A stretch of DNA of 64,000 bases from a virus. Taxonomy: Duplodnaviria > Caudoviricetes. Numbering within the stretch: position 1 is the first letter of the stretch; each line of letters starts with the position of its first letter. This document shows positions 10,267 to 21,010 of this stretch, one piece after another. Both the position numbers and the translations under genes were made by a program. The notes under the pieces were generated by a model, which worked only from the letters and a program-made list of their open reading frames with translations, searched no databases and was not told the DNA's origin. The stretch is from positions 34,195-98,194 of IMG/VR virus record IMGVR_UViG_3300008107_000028. The stretch is one strand, 5' to 3'.

Positions 10267-11514
10267 TTATTTTATTTTACTCATCAAATCTTTCATTCTT
10301 CTGAATTGTGGATTTTCGTATGCTTTTGATTCCGCCAATACTTCTTTAGAAGTTGATGTTTGAGGAGTGTTAGAGATTTTTTCTACAACTGTTTCGGTTA
10401 CCGGTTTTTTAGTTTCCAATTCAGCCTTTATTGTTTTAAATAAGCCCTTAGACTCATTCATAGTAGAAACTGAATCAAATCTCTTTAATATGTTCAATTT
10501 CTCCTGTTTAGTTGTGGAATGTTCCGTGAAAAGACGAGTTGCATAAGCAAGATTTGCATTGAAGACTGCAACTTCATTTAATTTCTCTTTGAATAAAACT
10601 AATGCCTTTTTATATTCGTCATTTTGTTTTTTCAATTTAGAAACTTCTTCATTGATTGCACCTCCAGGATTTTTATTCATACCTTTACTACCAGCCATGA
10701 ACTTTGTACCACCGTTACCCTTTTTTTGAGCTGCGAAAGTACGAGATGACTCGTGAGCTTCGATTTCTTTTGAATCTTTTTCTTCTTCCTCTTTAGTTTC
10801 TTCTTCCTCTTCTTCATCTAATTCGATTTCATAAAGAGTTTCTTCGTTTTCTAAAGAAGATTCTTCGTCTTCCATAGATGATCCTTCGTCACCCATAGAA
10901 GATAATTCCTCATCTTCCATTGGTAATGATTCTTCATCCATTTCACTTTCTTCTCCGTCAAGTTTAATTATGTATTCGTCACCATCTAATTCAAGTTCGA
11001 TGTCATCACCATCTTTCTTAACTACTACGCCATCTTCGGGTTTCATAGCTTTGAAAATTTTGAGAACCTCTTCATCGGACGCAGATGTCATGTCCATGAC
11101 ATCATCATCAGAATCAATAGACGGTTCGTTACCCATAGGTAATGCGTCATCCATTGTGTCATCATCAGAGTCATCGTCCATAGACAAATCGTCACCGGAA
11201 TCCATAGAATCGATTCCTTTACTTGAATCTTCGTCATCTGCAGATAATTCGTCTGACTCATCGTCTCCTACTTCAGGTTCATCACCTTCTTCAGAATCTT
11301 CATCATCAGGCTGTTCTGCCACATCTTTTTCTTCTTCTTCAGGATTTGTTGTTTCTTCTTCAGATTCAACTTCTTCCTCTTCTTCTTCTTTAAGCAATTC
11401 GTTTAGTTCTTGTTTCATTGTAGAAGCAAGTATACCTTTTGCATTTGCTTTTACAGCTTCTTCAAGAGTTTGTACTTGAAGAAGTGCTTGTTCTAAAATT
11501 GATTTTTCACTCAT
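10267..11514 (-). CDS. Prohead core/scaffold protein
   Basis: Very acidic with coiled coils; lies between the protease and capsid genes as in T4-like phages. Confidence 0.8.
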   Translation of the reverse strand: MSEKSILEQALLQVQTLEEAVKANAKGILASTMKQELNELLKEEEEEEVESEEETTNPEEEEKDVAEQPDDEDSEEGDEPEVGDDESDELSADDEDSSKGIDSMDSGDDLSMDDDSDDDTMDDALPMGNEPSIDSDDDVMDMTSASDEEVLKIFKAMKPEDGVVVKKDGDDIELELDGDEYIIKLDGEESEMDEESLPMEDEELSSMGDEGSSMEDEESSLENEETLYEIELDEEEEEETKEEEEKDSKEIEAHESSRTFAAQKKGNGGTKFMAGSKGMNKNPGGAINEEVSKLKKQNDEYKKALVLFKEKLNEVAVFNANLAYATRLFTEHSTTKQEKLNILKRFDSVSTMNESKGLFKTIKAELETKKPVTETVVEKISNTPQTSTSKEVLAESKAYENPQFRRMKDLMSKIK

Positions 11515-11594
11515 TTGTGTAAATTTATTTTTATATAAATATTATGGATTTGATAAAAATTTTGATTTTAATATCATAAACTAAAGAAAATCAC

Positions 11595-12278
11595 TTATTT
11601 TGATAAAAAAGAATCGAGATTACCCATTAGTTTTTTCATTCGATCATCAACTAACGGTTTTGAATTGATATCTTCTTGATATTGTTCTCTTTCAGATTGA
11701 TCTTTAAAAATATATGCACCTGGTGTTGAGGGAGATGATACTAAGTCAAAACATACTAATTCAAAATCATCTTGAACTATATTTTGACCTTTGATTTGTT
11801 TAAGTGATCCTACACCACGAGATGAGATACCTAAGGTTGCGCCATTCATTAATAACATTGCAGCTTGATCACCCTTAGTGGATACTATTCCCATCTTTTT
11901 CCAACCTGGTGAAGTAAATAATTTAATTTTACCCATTAAGATTTTACCATCCCACCATGTTTCAAGAATTGAATGTGAAACTCTATCTAAATCTATTAAA
12001 GAAGATGACGGATGATTTAATTCATTTAACGCACTACCCTTTTTTATAATTGATTGATATTTTTCATTCTCTCTTTTGAGTAATGATTCGGGGTATATTC
12101 TTCCGTTTTTATTTGGTGTATCGAACTTTTGTAAAACGGCATAAAGAATGATGTCTTCAGAGAAGTCAACATTCTTCATTTCCGATATAATTTGTTGATT
12201 ATCTTTAGGGGAAACATGACCAGCATCATATTCAATTAAAATCCCCTTTCCAACTTCGTTTGGACCTAATATCTTCAT
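11595..12278 (-). CDS. Prohead core protease (T4 gp21 family)
   Basis: 'NKNGRIYP', 'ELNHP', 'GISSRGVGSL', 'DLVSSPS' motifs. Confidence 0.95.
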   Translation of the reverse strand: MKILGPNEVGKGILIEYDAGHVSPKDNQQIISEMKNVDFSEDIILYAVLQKFDTPNKNGRIYPESLLKRENEKYQSIIKKGSALNELNHPSSSLIDLDRVSHSILETWWDGKILMGKIKLFTSPGWKKMGIVSTKGDQAAMLLMNGATLGISSRGVGSLKQIKGQNIVQDDFELVCFDLVSSPSTPGAYIFKDQSEREQYQEDINSKPLVDDRMKKLMGNLDSFLSK

Positions 12279-12315
12279 TTATACTTTTATTCATATAAAT
12301 ACATCGATATCTATA

Positions 12316-12738
12316 TTATTTTTTTGATTTGTTAAAATTAAATAGTTTTTTATCTTCCAAACCCTGATCAATTATTTTTTCATGTATATCTTTTATTGTG
12401 AATTTAACGTCTTTTGATTTAACGTCAAATTGATTCTCAACGTATAAAGTAACTTCCAAGTTCATAAACGATCTTTTTTCTAACTTTATACCTTTAGTTC
12501 TAATATCTAAATCTACAATAGATTGTTTCTTAAATAACTTAGAACTATAATTGTAGATAATTTCTTTAACTTTTCTTCTTGATCTTGATATTGTCATTTC
12601 ATAATCACTATCAATTTCAGGTTGAATCCAAGAATTAAGTTTTAAATAAATTGTTTTTAAATTCTTGTAATCAACAGTGCCGTAACCAATTTTAACATCT
12701 TTGTATACTCCCAAAGGAATATATTTACCAGTTTTCAT
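12316..12738 (-). CDS. Hypothetical protein in the head module
   Basis: 140-aa ORF, divergent from rpsU. Confidence 0.6.
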   Translation of the reverse strand: MKTGKYIPLGVYKDVKIGYGTVDYKNLKTIYLKLNSWIQPEIDSDYEMTISRSRRKVKEIIYNYSSKLFKKQSIVDLDIRTKGIKLEKRSFMNLEVTLYVENQFDVKSKDVKFTIKDIHEKIIDQGLEDKKLFNFNKSKK

Positions 12739-12843
12739 TATTTTATCATATTATTATAATTTTATGGTGTAATAAAAAATAAAGAAAATAATTGATAAAA
12801 CAAAAAAATATTTTTATTATATTTGTGATATAATTATTAAAAT

Positions 12844-13035
12844 ATGATCATCATCGAAGTAAACAAAGAAAAAAACATTGAGTCCGCACTCAGGACTTAT
12901 AAAAACAAAGTTCAAAAGTCGAGACAAATACAAGAACTTAGAGATAGACAGACATACAAAAAACCCTCAATAAAAAAGAGAGAACAGGTTTTAAAAGCTA
13001 TCTATGTACAAAAAGTAAAAAACGGTCTTAATTAA
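12844..13035 (+). CDS. rpsU: Ribosomal protein bS21 (phage-encoded)
   Basis: MIIIEV..NIESALRTYK.K....ELRDRQTYKKPSIKKR...KAIY matches the Bacteroidota bS21 pattern; TATATTTG promoter upstream. Confidence 0.93.
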   Translation: MIIIEVNKEKNIESALRTYKNKVQKSRQIQELRDRQTYKKPSIKKREQVLKAIYVQKVKNGLN

Positions 13036-13045
13036 GACCGTTTTT
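13018..13045. terminator. Perfect 28-bp palindrome, probable bidirectional terminator overlapping two convergent stops
   Basis: AAAAACGGTCTTAATTAAGACCGTTTTT. Confidence 0.75.
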
Positions 13046-13765
13046 CAATTCAGATAATCTGAAATAATTTAATTTAGAGGGTTTGATAGAATTAACATGT
13101 GTTTTCACATTAGTTAATTTGTTTGTTAATTCATCTTCTTTAGATTCTAAAAGCATCGATTCTACTTTATTTAAAATATCTTCTTTCAATTCTTTAGTTT
13201 TAGATTCCAAATCTTCATTTGTTAATGATAGTATATTTTTTAATTCTTCTTTTTGGTTTTCTGAAAGTGTATTGTTATATAAAATATTAAAATTATTTGC
13301 TAAAACAGCATGTAAAAGATTTTCATTAACGGTATGATTAGTTTTATCAGTGTCCTTTACTTCTTTTTTGGTTGTTAAGTGTTCAACTAATTTCTTTTTT
13401 GCTAACACCTTTTTATCGATATTTTTTAAATTATCATCTTCTAAAAGTTGATCTATTGAATTATATAATTCATTTTCTTCAATTTGTGTGTCGTGTACTG
13501 ACATGTTTATTACTTCACAAAACTGTTTAATTTTTTTTGCTTTTTTCTTCAAAATGGTTTCAATCTCTTCAACATATAATTTTGCGGTTTCTTTATCGTC
13601 AAAATATTTGTTTTCAATTTCTTCGTAAAACAAATACATTTCTTTGAAATCTTTATTTTTTTTAACTACTTTAATTAAATTTTTTGTATTACCTAAACCC
13701 CCCTGATGATATGATTCAGTTATTTTTTTCAAGAATTTGGTTTTTATTTTTCCGAAATTGTTCAT
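13028..13765 (-). CDS. Hypothetical head-module protein downstream of the portal gene
   Basis: 245-aa helical K/E-rich ORF directly after the portal gene. Confidence 0.6.
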   Translation of the reverse strand: MNNFGKIKTKFLKKITESYHQGGLGNTKNLIKVVKKNKDFKEMYLFYEEIENKYFDDKETAKLYVEEIETILKKKAKKIKQFCEVINMSVHDTQIEENELYNSIDQLLEDDNLKNIDKKVLAKKKLVEHLTTKKEVKDTDKTNHTVNENLLHAVLANNFNILYNNTLSENQKEELKNILSLTNEDLESKTKELKEDILNKVESMLLESKEDELTNKLTNVKTHVNSIKPSKLNYFRLSELKNGLN

Positions 13766-13768
13766 TTT

Positions 13769-15586
13769 TTAATCGTTTAAAATATCGTTTAATTTATTTT
13801 CTATTTCATAAATATTCTGTTGAGCCTTCTTTACATCAAATAAATCGTCAAAAGATAATTTTTCATCTCCTAACATACTTAATATTTTTGATTTGTTTGA
13901 CTCTGAAAGAGGTTCACTTGGTTCTGAACCACCTGCTGCGGGTGCTGGTGATGGTGCCATACCACCCATGTCCCCACTTGGTGCGGCCTCTCCTGTTGCC
14001 CCCTGCGCCTCTAATTTTTCTCTTTCTTCTTCAGAAATTCCATATTTTTTATCAACCTCATCAAATACTCCTGAACGTTTAATAATGTTTTGAGTGTTTG
14101 TTAACTCAAATCCCATGGCACGTTCTAATCTTTGTTGTTGAAGATCTAAAATAACTTCCGATTCACTCATACCTAAAATATTCTTTTTAGCCCATGTATG
14201 AGAAACAGGTAATATACCAATTTGAGATTGATCTGAAGTCGCATCTTTATACAATGTTATCTTTTCTTTCCACTGCTCAATTCTTAATAGGTCGGATTGT
14301 GCCGATGGGTTTGTTAAACCGAGATTAAAATTATTTAATTCATCTTCCAATCCCATCAAATACAAATGTACAAGAGCAATTTTATTTAATTCTTGTATTA
14401 AAGATTTTTGTATTCTGTTTATGGTTCTTGCAAAACGTATATCCATTAATGCAAGAGTCTTACCTTCCCCAACAACTTCTTCAAAACCTAAAAACGCTTT
14501 AGGAATACGTAACGCGGCCAATAATTTCTTTTGGATATATTCAATATCGGCAATTTCACCTAAGTTTTGTGCACCTTGTAATGTTTCGATAGGGTTAGTT
14601 ACACTATAATCTCTTACAGGTATAAAATAATCTTGATCTACCGCCATTTGATTATACCTCATATCAACTTGACCATTTCTTGGATCGGGTATAACGTCTC
14701 TTTTAAATTTATTTGCAACACGTTGTACATACGGTTCAATATCTTTATCGTCCATATTTCCTACGAATACTTTGAATACACGTCTTTCAGGTGCTCTTGA
14801 TGTTCTATAGATTAACATTGCATCTTCCGCAAGTAAAAGTTGTTTCCAAATTCTTCTAATCTTGTCTAACATTGAGGTGCCATATGGTAATTTTCTATCA
14901 TCACCTAATAATCTAAAGTGTGCAATTTCCCATGCTTGAAATTCAATGTCTTTATTTTTCCATGCAAATCTTAATTCTCTACTTGGTATTTTATAATCTT
15001 TTTCTTGACCTGGTACTTTCGATGCGGCACCTTCCATTCTTTCTATTTCAATATTTGGAAGTTGTTGACAACCGATAATACCTTTTTCTTGGTCAACTTT
15101 TAAATAAACAAAGTTGTCACCGTACTTACACAATCCACGTGTCCACATTTGTAAGTTAGTATTCACATCTAATTTATTATAAAATAAATCTTCTAAAATT
15201 GTTTTAACTCTATCTGAATCTGAATATATAGTCAAAATTTGACCCTTCTCAGACATCGTTGTCGATTCCTCTGCGTAGATATCTAAGGCTGCAGATATTT
15301 CAGGTGTGAACTCCATTGATTCATAATCATAATATGCCGATAATCTATTAGGTTCATAATACACCGATTGATTATACAACGATTGATCTAACTTAGTCCA
15401 TTTATCTGCAATATATTGAGATTGTTGAGCTTGTAAGAGTTTTTGTTGATACTCTTCTTTACTATCAGTTTTTAATAATTCGTCTTTATTAAAATTAAAT
15501 GAAGGAGTATTTTCTGGTTTTACTTGACCAGGAAAACCAAACATCCTTGTTAATTTTTGAAAAACGGTTACATTTTGATTCGCCAT
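13769..15586 (-). CDS. Portal protein (T4 gp20 family)
   Basis: 'WKQLLLAEDAMLIYRTSRAPERRVFKVFVGNM', 'DYFIPVR', 'DIEYIQKKL..AL.IP'. Confidence 0.96.
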   Translation of the reverse strand: MANQNVTVFQKLTRMFGFPGQVKPENTPSFNFNKDELLKTDSKEEYQQKLLQAQQSQYIADKWTKLDQSLYNQSVYYEPNRLSAYYDYESMEFTPEISAALDIYAEESTTMSEKGQILTIYSDSDRVKTILEDLFYNKLDVNTNLQMWTRGLCKYGDNFVYLKVDQEKGIIGCQQLPNIEIERMEGAASKVPGQEKDYKIPSRELRFAWKNKDIEFQAWEIAHFRLLGDDRKLPYGTSMLDKIRRIWKQLLLAEDAMLIYRTSRAPERRVFKVFVGNMDDKDIEPYVQRVANKFKRDVIPDPRNGQVDMRYNQMAVDQDYFIPVRDYSVTNPIETLQGAQNLGEIADIEYIQKKLLAALRIPKAFLGFEEVVGEGKTLALMDIRFARTINRIQKSLIQELNKIALVHLYLMGLEDELNNFNLGLTNPSAQSDLLRIEQWKEKITLYKDATSDQSQIGILPVSHTWAKKNILGMSESEVILDLQQQRLERAMGFELTNTQNIIKRSGVFDEVDKKYGISEEEREKLEAQGATGEAAPSGDMGGMAPSPAPAAGGSEPSEPLSESNKSKILSMLGDEKLSFDDLFDVKKAQQNIYEIENKLNDILND

Positions 15587-15644
15587 GTATATAAATAGTT
15601 TTCTTTAATAATATAAACTTAATCTTTATCTTTTCAAAGTGAAA

Positions 15645-17420
15645 TTATCTTGGTTTTCCAAATAACCAATTATAATCTCTATACATATCTTTTGATAATT
15701 TTGTATTTTGATCAGGGTAATAAATTTCTTTATTATTCATTTGCATTGAACCCACATGATCTAATGATGTTCCGTATGAATAAAATGATTTTTGAGGTTC
15801 ATATGTTCTTTCGGACATAGTCCAAGATTCCATCATTGCGATATTTTTGGCTGTATTTTTTTCTAACTGATTAAAGGAAATATCACCAGCATAAAGAGCC
15901 ATAGATAAACTCATAATAGAATCATCATGGGCACCTTTCATGTGATCAGGTCTACCATTTATATAAACAAAAGTGTTTAATTCATTTAATAACCTATTTG
16001 ATCTGATTGCAAATCCTTTTCTTACCTGTTCTTCAAAAGACGCAACAATTTGTGTTCTTTTATTATTGAAATTAATACCGGGAATTTTTTCCATCATTTT
16101 TTTGTTGTATTCCCACATATTTTGTGTGTTGATACCATCAATGAATAAATTACGATAATTCATTTCCTGTAATTTTCTTGATGTTGCAACTCCCATCCCT
16201 CCTGTGATATCAATTACAATAAATGCATTGTACAATACACCCCATTTGTATGCAACTGATGCAAGATCATCCGGAGGTATTTTACCGATATATTCTAAAA
16301 CTTGTTCTCTATCATCAAAATCAATTATATTAATTGATGAGAAATCTTCACTATCTCCTCTACTTACATCGACACCCATTATATATCTGTGTTCTTGAAT
16401 TGGCTCTTTCCATTGCCATAAAGTTCCTTGCATATATTTTTCTATTGGAACTCTTATCATATTCTTCGCAATATTGTCTTGAACCTCACTTGGAATCACA
16501 CCATCACCCGAACCTAAAAAGTCACACTCCAATTCTTGTGCAATCTTTCTTCTATCGTATTTAAACTTTTTTGACATTGATTCGAACCATGATGAAAAAG
16601 GTTTATACCCCTGATCCATGTACTCGTTATATTTTTCAATATCGAAATCATACATAACAACTTCGTCATCATTATATTGTTCTCTATTTAACATATAATG
16701 AACAATATCACTACATTTGACCCATCTTAAATCTTTGGTATATCGAGGATCCTTAAACCAACGTAAATCAGTAATATGGAAATCGTTTAAACCTCTAATC
16801 GCTTGATCATATACACCATAGTAAATCGGATCAAAACCATTTGGTGTTGAGATTAATATAATTTTACCACCTGTAGACAATGACGCCATAGATGCCGCCC
16901 AAAAGTCTTCTCCGGCTTCAATATACGCAGCCTCATCAAATACAAGTATAGTCGGAGTATAACCACGAAGAGCATCCGCAGATGTTGCAACTGCTTTAAC
17001 TTCACAACCATTGTTTAATCTAAATCTACTCTCAGAGTTTTTGTCAGGATGAAATCCCACATTAATCCATTCGGGCCATTGATCTAAAAACGCTCTAACT
17101 TTGTTAGCCATTTCAATTGCGGTATCTCTTTTGTTCGCAATAATCAACACTCTTTCAGGATTTTCAGGTTTAGCTGTTTGTAAAATTTTTGAAATCCATG
17201 CAGCTGTTACTGTTGAGACACCAGCCTGTCTATATTTTCTTGTAATATTTTCGTTATACTTTTCATAGTCCTGAATCAATTGAATTTGATCAGGAAACAA
17301 TTCTAATGGTACGAATTTTTTTTGTGTATTATCGTAAGTTTGTAAATAAGTTCTAAGAGCATAAGGAGCATCTTTAATTATTTTTGCGTACTCTTTTATT
17401 TGTTCTATTCTTGTATTCAT
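15645..17420 (-). CDS. Terminase large subunit (T4 gp17-like)
   Basis: Walker A 'KYRQAGVST', Walker B 'LVFDEAA', 'ISTPNG', nuclease 'GVDVSRG' and 'HDDSIMS'. Confidence 0.96.
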   Translation of the reverse strand: MNTRIEQIKEYAKIIKDAPYALRTYLQTYDNTQKKFVPLELFPDQIQLIQDYEKYNENITRKYRQAGVSTVTAAWISKILQTAKPENPERVLIIANKRDTAIEMANKVRAFLDQWPEWINVGFHPDKNSESRFRLNNGCEVKAVATSADALRGYTPTILVFDEAAYIEAGEDFWAASMASLSTGGKIILISTPNGFDPIYYGVYDQAIRGLNDFHITDLRWFKDPRYTKDLRWVKCSDIVHYMLNREQYNDDEVVMYDFDIEKYNEYMDQGYKPFSSWFESMSKKFKYDRRKIAQELECDFLGSGDGVIPSEVQDNIAKNMIRVPIEKYMQGTLWQWKEPIQEHRYIMGVDVSRGDSEDFSSINIIDFDDREQVLEYIGKIPPDDLASVAYKWGVLYNAFIVIDITGGMGVATSRKLQEMNYRNLFIDGINTQNMWEYNKKMMEKIPGINFNNKRTQIVASFEEQVRKGFAIRSNRLLNELNTFVYINGRPDHMKGAHDDSIMSLSMALYAGDISFNQLEKNTAKNIAMMESWTMSERTYEPQKSFYSYGTSLDHVGSMQMNNKEIYYPDQNTKLSKDMYRDYNWLFGKPR

Positions 17421-17461
17421 ATATAATAAATAGAAAAAAGGTGGTAAAAACCACCTTTTTA

Positions 17462-18778
17462 TTATTCTTCATCATCGGGTCTTCGTATTCCAAGACTTCC
17501 TAAGAAATCATCGAGATCATCATCTTCTGTCTCGTCCGATATATCATTTAATGTTTGATCAAATTGATCCATAGTTTCACTATAATCATAATCATTTATT
17601 TCTTGTTCAATTGCTCTATATAGTAAATTCATTAGTTGTCCACCTCTTTCTGATTCCGATAACACTTCTTTCATAAAAACTAAAAACTCTTTAGCGGGTT
17701 TTTGAATTATATGTGAAAAAAGTATTAATTGCATTCTGTATTTATCCTCATCAACTAAAATTTCTTCAGGAAAACGATTTCTAACTTTTTCCCAAATAGC
17801 GGGACCTAAACGTAAGTCCCACATTTCTTTTTCTAACGTATCCTCGGATTGTTCAACATCACTGAAATCCATTTCATTACCTTCTTCATCTTGTGGTCTT
17901 CCTTTTATTGATATAACTTCCATTATACCTTTTATCAATTCATGAACTAATATTGGAAAATTTACCGCTCTTGCAATAATTGTAGGAGGTTCAGTATTTC
18001 TATCGACAGATTCCTTTCCCCCAACACTTGCGGGACCTCCGCCACCTCCCATCATCATTTTCATTTGATCGTCACTTAATTGCCAATATAATGTATCATT
18101 TACTGACATTAATATACCATATAAATTCACCAAATCTTCCGTTCCTGTAATTTCTCTAATCTTTTCTGAAACCATATGATACATGTAGTGTCCTTTTTTT
18201 GATGCACCTTGTATCATAGAATTTATTAGTCTTCTTTTAGCCTTTTCCAAATCCAAAGTTTCTAAGTCATCAAATAAATCTTTTTCAATTTCAACCTCAT
18301 CAATATTTTGATCATCACCCATTTCTCTATTAAAATCATCAGTACTAATTTCTCCCATCCCAACTATTTTCGCGTCGAAAATAAAATCTTCATCACTTAA
18401 ACCCATTTCTTTTTTTACTAATTCGACTGCTAAATTTTGTAACTGTTGTCTATACCTACCTTCAATGTTAACAATTCTATTATGGGAATCCATCATCATC
18501 ATAGTGAGAGGATTCATACTACCTTGTACTGTTGATTGGTTACCCAATCTGGTGTATTGTCTTACTTTATTTACAACTTCTTTATACCTTGTCGATGCTA
18601 ATATTTCTTGGAAATTTTTATTAGGTTCTTCGCCTGTTTTTGGTAAAGGTATTTTTTTTAAAGGTGTATCACCTGTAGAAAGTTTTCTTTCTATATCACT
18701 GTGAGGTCTATCCCCCGTTTCATAATCCATCGCCATTTCATTAATGATAGACAAAAATTTTTTCTTAGTCAATTTCAT
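17462..18778 (-). CDS. Hypothetical protein upstream of the terminase gene
   Basis: 438 aa; N-terminal IINE cleavage-like site; acidic tail. Confidence 0.6.
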   Translation of the reverse strand: MKLTKKKFLSIINEMAMDYETGDRPHSDIERKLSTGDTPLKKIPLPKTGEEPNKNFQEILASTRYKEVVNKVRQYTRLGNQSTVQGSMNPLTMMMMDSHNRIVNIEGRYRQQLQNLAVELVKKEMGLSDEDFIFDAKIVGMGEISTDDFNREMGDDQNIDEVEIEKDLFDDLETLDLEKAKRRLINSMIQGASKKGHYMYHMVSEKIREITGTEDLVNLYGILMSVNDTLYWQLSDDQMKMMMGGGGGPASVGGKESVDRNTEPPTIIARAVNFPILVHELIKGIMEVISIKGRPQDEEGNEMDFSDVEQSEDTLEKEMWDLRLGPAIWEKVRNRFPEEILVDEDKYRMQLILFSHIIQKPAKEFLVFMKEVLSESERGGQLMNLLYRAIEQEINDYDYSETMDQFDQTLNDISDETEDDDLDDFLGSLGIRRPDDEE

Positions 18779-19524
18779 TACTTATTTTCTTTTAATGCTT
18801 TTGGTTTAGGGTTTTGTCCAGGACCTGGTTGAAATGGTGTTTTTCTTGGATCTTTTTTTGGTGGTTGTTTTGTACCCGGATCTTTAGTTGGCGTTTTTGT
18901 TGGTGATGGTTTTTCTTTAGGTTCTGCTGCCGACACAATAGAATCATATGTCATAAATTCAGGAATACCATTGTGACCTTTTTTTACGTTAGACCCAACT
19001 TCAACATCTGAAGTTTTAGATTGTATTAATTCCATAATTTCACCTTTTGATGTAAAACTATGGAAATTGTTTTCCGCTAAAGTTTTAACCCAATTTTTTA
19101 TTTCAAAATTTTCTTTTTTAATTTCTTTCTTACTAACGTCTTTACCTTTTTTATCACTTTTAATTACTTCTTTTTTCTTTTCTTTTGATAATCCAATTGA
19201 AGATTTTTCTTCTTTAGTATCTTCTTTTTTTAATTTACTTTTCTTTTTTGAAGAATCTTTAGAAATTTTGTTTTTTTCTTCTTTAGTTACTTCAACATGA
19301 CCTTTTGCTTTCATATCTGCAACTGCCTTTGGGTTATTTATAAGATTATTTACTTCAGCGGCGTCATCTGCATTATTCATACTCAAAACTCTAACTTGTT
19401 TTGTGGTTGCTTCACCAATAATCCTTTCATATAAATGAACTAATTGTTTATCATTAAATTTAACTAAAGTCTTGTCTGAAAATCCTTCTTTCAAAAGACT
19501 ATTAACTATTTGTTCTCTTTTCAT
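18778..19524 (-). CDS. Hypothetical K/E/P-rich protein, probable head-internal
   Basis: Low-complexity charged ORF coupled to its neighbours. Confidence 0.55.
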   Translation of the reverse strand: MKREQIVNSLLKEGFSDKTLVKFNDKQLVHLYERIIGEATTKQVRVLSMNNADDAAEVNNLINNPKAVADMKAKGHVEVTKEEKNKISKDSSKKKSKLKKEDTKEEKSSIGLSKEKKKEVIKSDKKGKDVSKKEIKKENFEIKNWVKTLAENNFHSFTSKGEIMELIQSKTSDVEVGSNVKKGHNGIPEFMTYDSIVSAAEPKEKPSPTKTPTKDPGTKQPPKKDPRKTPFQPGPGQNPKPKALKENK

Positions 19525-19922
19525 ATATTTTTAAATTTTATTTCTTCCTTTAGTAAATGATAATTTCTTAATTTCAGTTTTTTTGTAACTGATTCAACAG
19601 TTTCACCAAACCTGAAAAAGATTCTGTCGTTATCAGAATCAAAATCAAATTTCTCCCATGCGAGAGATATGACACCATCAGCGGCGTCTATAACACCAAA
19701 ATAATCCGAATTTTGTATTAATTCAAGTTGTAAATCACTATCTTTCAGTAGTCCAACCATATCGATAAATTCGATACTTGGGGATTTAGATGATAATGTT
19801 GCTGATGCGGGAATTGTGTACCACTCTTCTATGTCAAGCTCAGTCGATTCACTAAAAATAAATTCGTACTGTTTTTGACCTTTGTAATCTGAACCGATTT
19901 CATTGACATAGATAAGATTCAT
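19521..19922 (-). CDS. Hypothetical protein
   Basis: 133-aa ORF within the operon. Confidence 0.6.
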   Translation of the reverse strand: MNLIYVNEIGSDYKGQKQYEFIFSESTELDIEEWYTIPASATLSSKSPSIEFIDMVGLLKDSDLQLELIQNSDYFGVIDAADGVISLAWEKFDFDSDNDRIFFRFGETVESVTKKLKLRNYHLLKEEIKFKNI

Positions 19923-19923
19923 T

Positions 19924-20940
19924 TTAATTGAAATATTTGCTCAATCTTTCGCTAATTGCTTGATTTATATCATTTTTAATTTCATCTAAATCCAATTCTC
20001 TAATTTCATCCTCTTCTTCTTTTACTTTAGATAAATCGGCATATGTAGAAAGATTTATTTCATCAGTTTCAACAGGTGTGTCTATAAACTCTTCTAACGC
20101 TTTCATAGAATCATATTCACCTAATTCTTCTTCACTTGATGGTTCTTCAGCTGGTATTTCTTCACTTGGTGGTTCTTCATCTGAAGTTTCTTCACCACCT
20201 TCCATACCTTCTTCTTCACGTTCGAATTTTTTTGCGATTTCCTCTAAATCTTCAAAATCTAATTTATCCAAATCAACTGCAGATATGATCATGTTAAGTA
20301 CATATTTAATATCATCACTTTCCATTCTATCTTGTTGATCTCTAAGTTCTTGACCAAGTTTACCCGCAAATTTTTGAACTTCAGCCATGTATGATGATCT
20401 TTTACCACCTTCTTCGCCTGCACCCATATCTTTTGGTTCACCACTCTCATCGCCAGATGGAGGGGGAACGTCACTACCCATATCACCAGATGGAGGAGGA
20501 ACGTCACCACTTTCATCTCCTAATGGTGCAGGAGGTGGAGGAGGTGGAGGTGCATCTAAAGATGGTTCAGACATTGGAGACTCTTCTTGAGGTTTGTTTT
20601 GTTTTAAAACATATTTTGTCGCCTCTTGTAATTCTTCCTGACCTTTTAATAGTTCTAATCTTTTTAGTGCTTCAGAATATGAAGAAAATCTATTTTTGTT
20701 CTTCATAAAGATTCCGCCTATATAATCAAGCGATGATTCATTCAATCCTCTTTTAACGTAATATCCATCTTTTTCTTTAACAATACCAAAAATACCACCG
20801 GTAGTTGATTCTTTAACTAACTCAGCTTTCTTTGTATTTTGATTATTCTTATTTTCTTTGTAGTAAGTTAATTCGAGGATTCTTTTCAATTTATCATCAC
20901 TGTTTAACTTTTCACTACCTAAAGGTTTTAAATCTGCCAT
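19924..20940 (-). CDS. Acidic Pro-rich hypothetical protein (scaffold-like)
   Basis: 338 aa with poly-Pro and E/D-rich tracts; TATTTATA upstream. Confidence 0.55.
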   Translation of the reverse strand: MADLKPLGSEKLNSDDKLKRILELTYYKENKNNQNTKKAELVKESTTGGIFGIVKEKDGYYVKRGLNESSLDYIGGIFMKNKNRFSSYSEALKRLELLKGQEELQEATKYVLKQNKPQEESPMSEPSLDAPPPPPPPAPLGDESGDVPPPSGDMGSDVPPPSGDESGEPKDMGAGEEGGKRSSYMAEVQKFAGKLGQELRDQQDRMESDDIKYVLNMIISAVDLDKLDFEDLEEIAKKFEREEEGMEGGEETSDEEPPSEEIPAEEPSSEEELGEYDSMKALEEFIDTPVETDEINLSTYADLSKVKEEEDEIRELDLDEIKNDINQAISERLSKYFN

Positions 20941-21010
20941 TTTTGTAATATTAAGATTTTGTTATTCTTATCCTATAAATACATAGATATGTTAAAAAAA
21001 ATATGGGTAT

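Noticed and set aside
10970-11479. Ser-rich + strand ORF (also 20078-20708, 28022-28582, 50339-50806 and similar)
   Set aside because: Antisense shadows of acidic or low-complexity genes on the other strand
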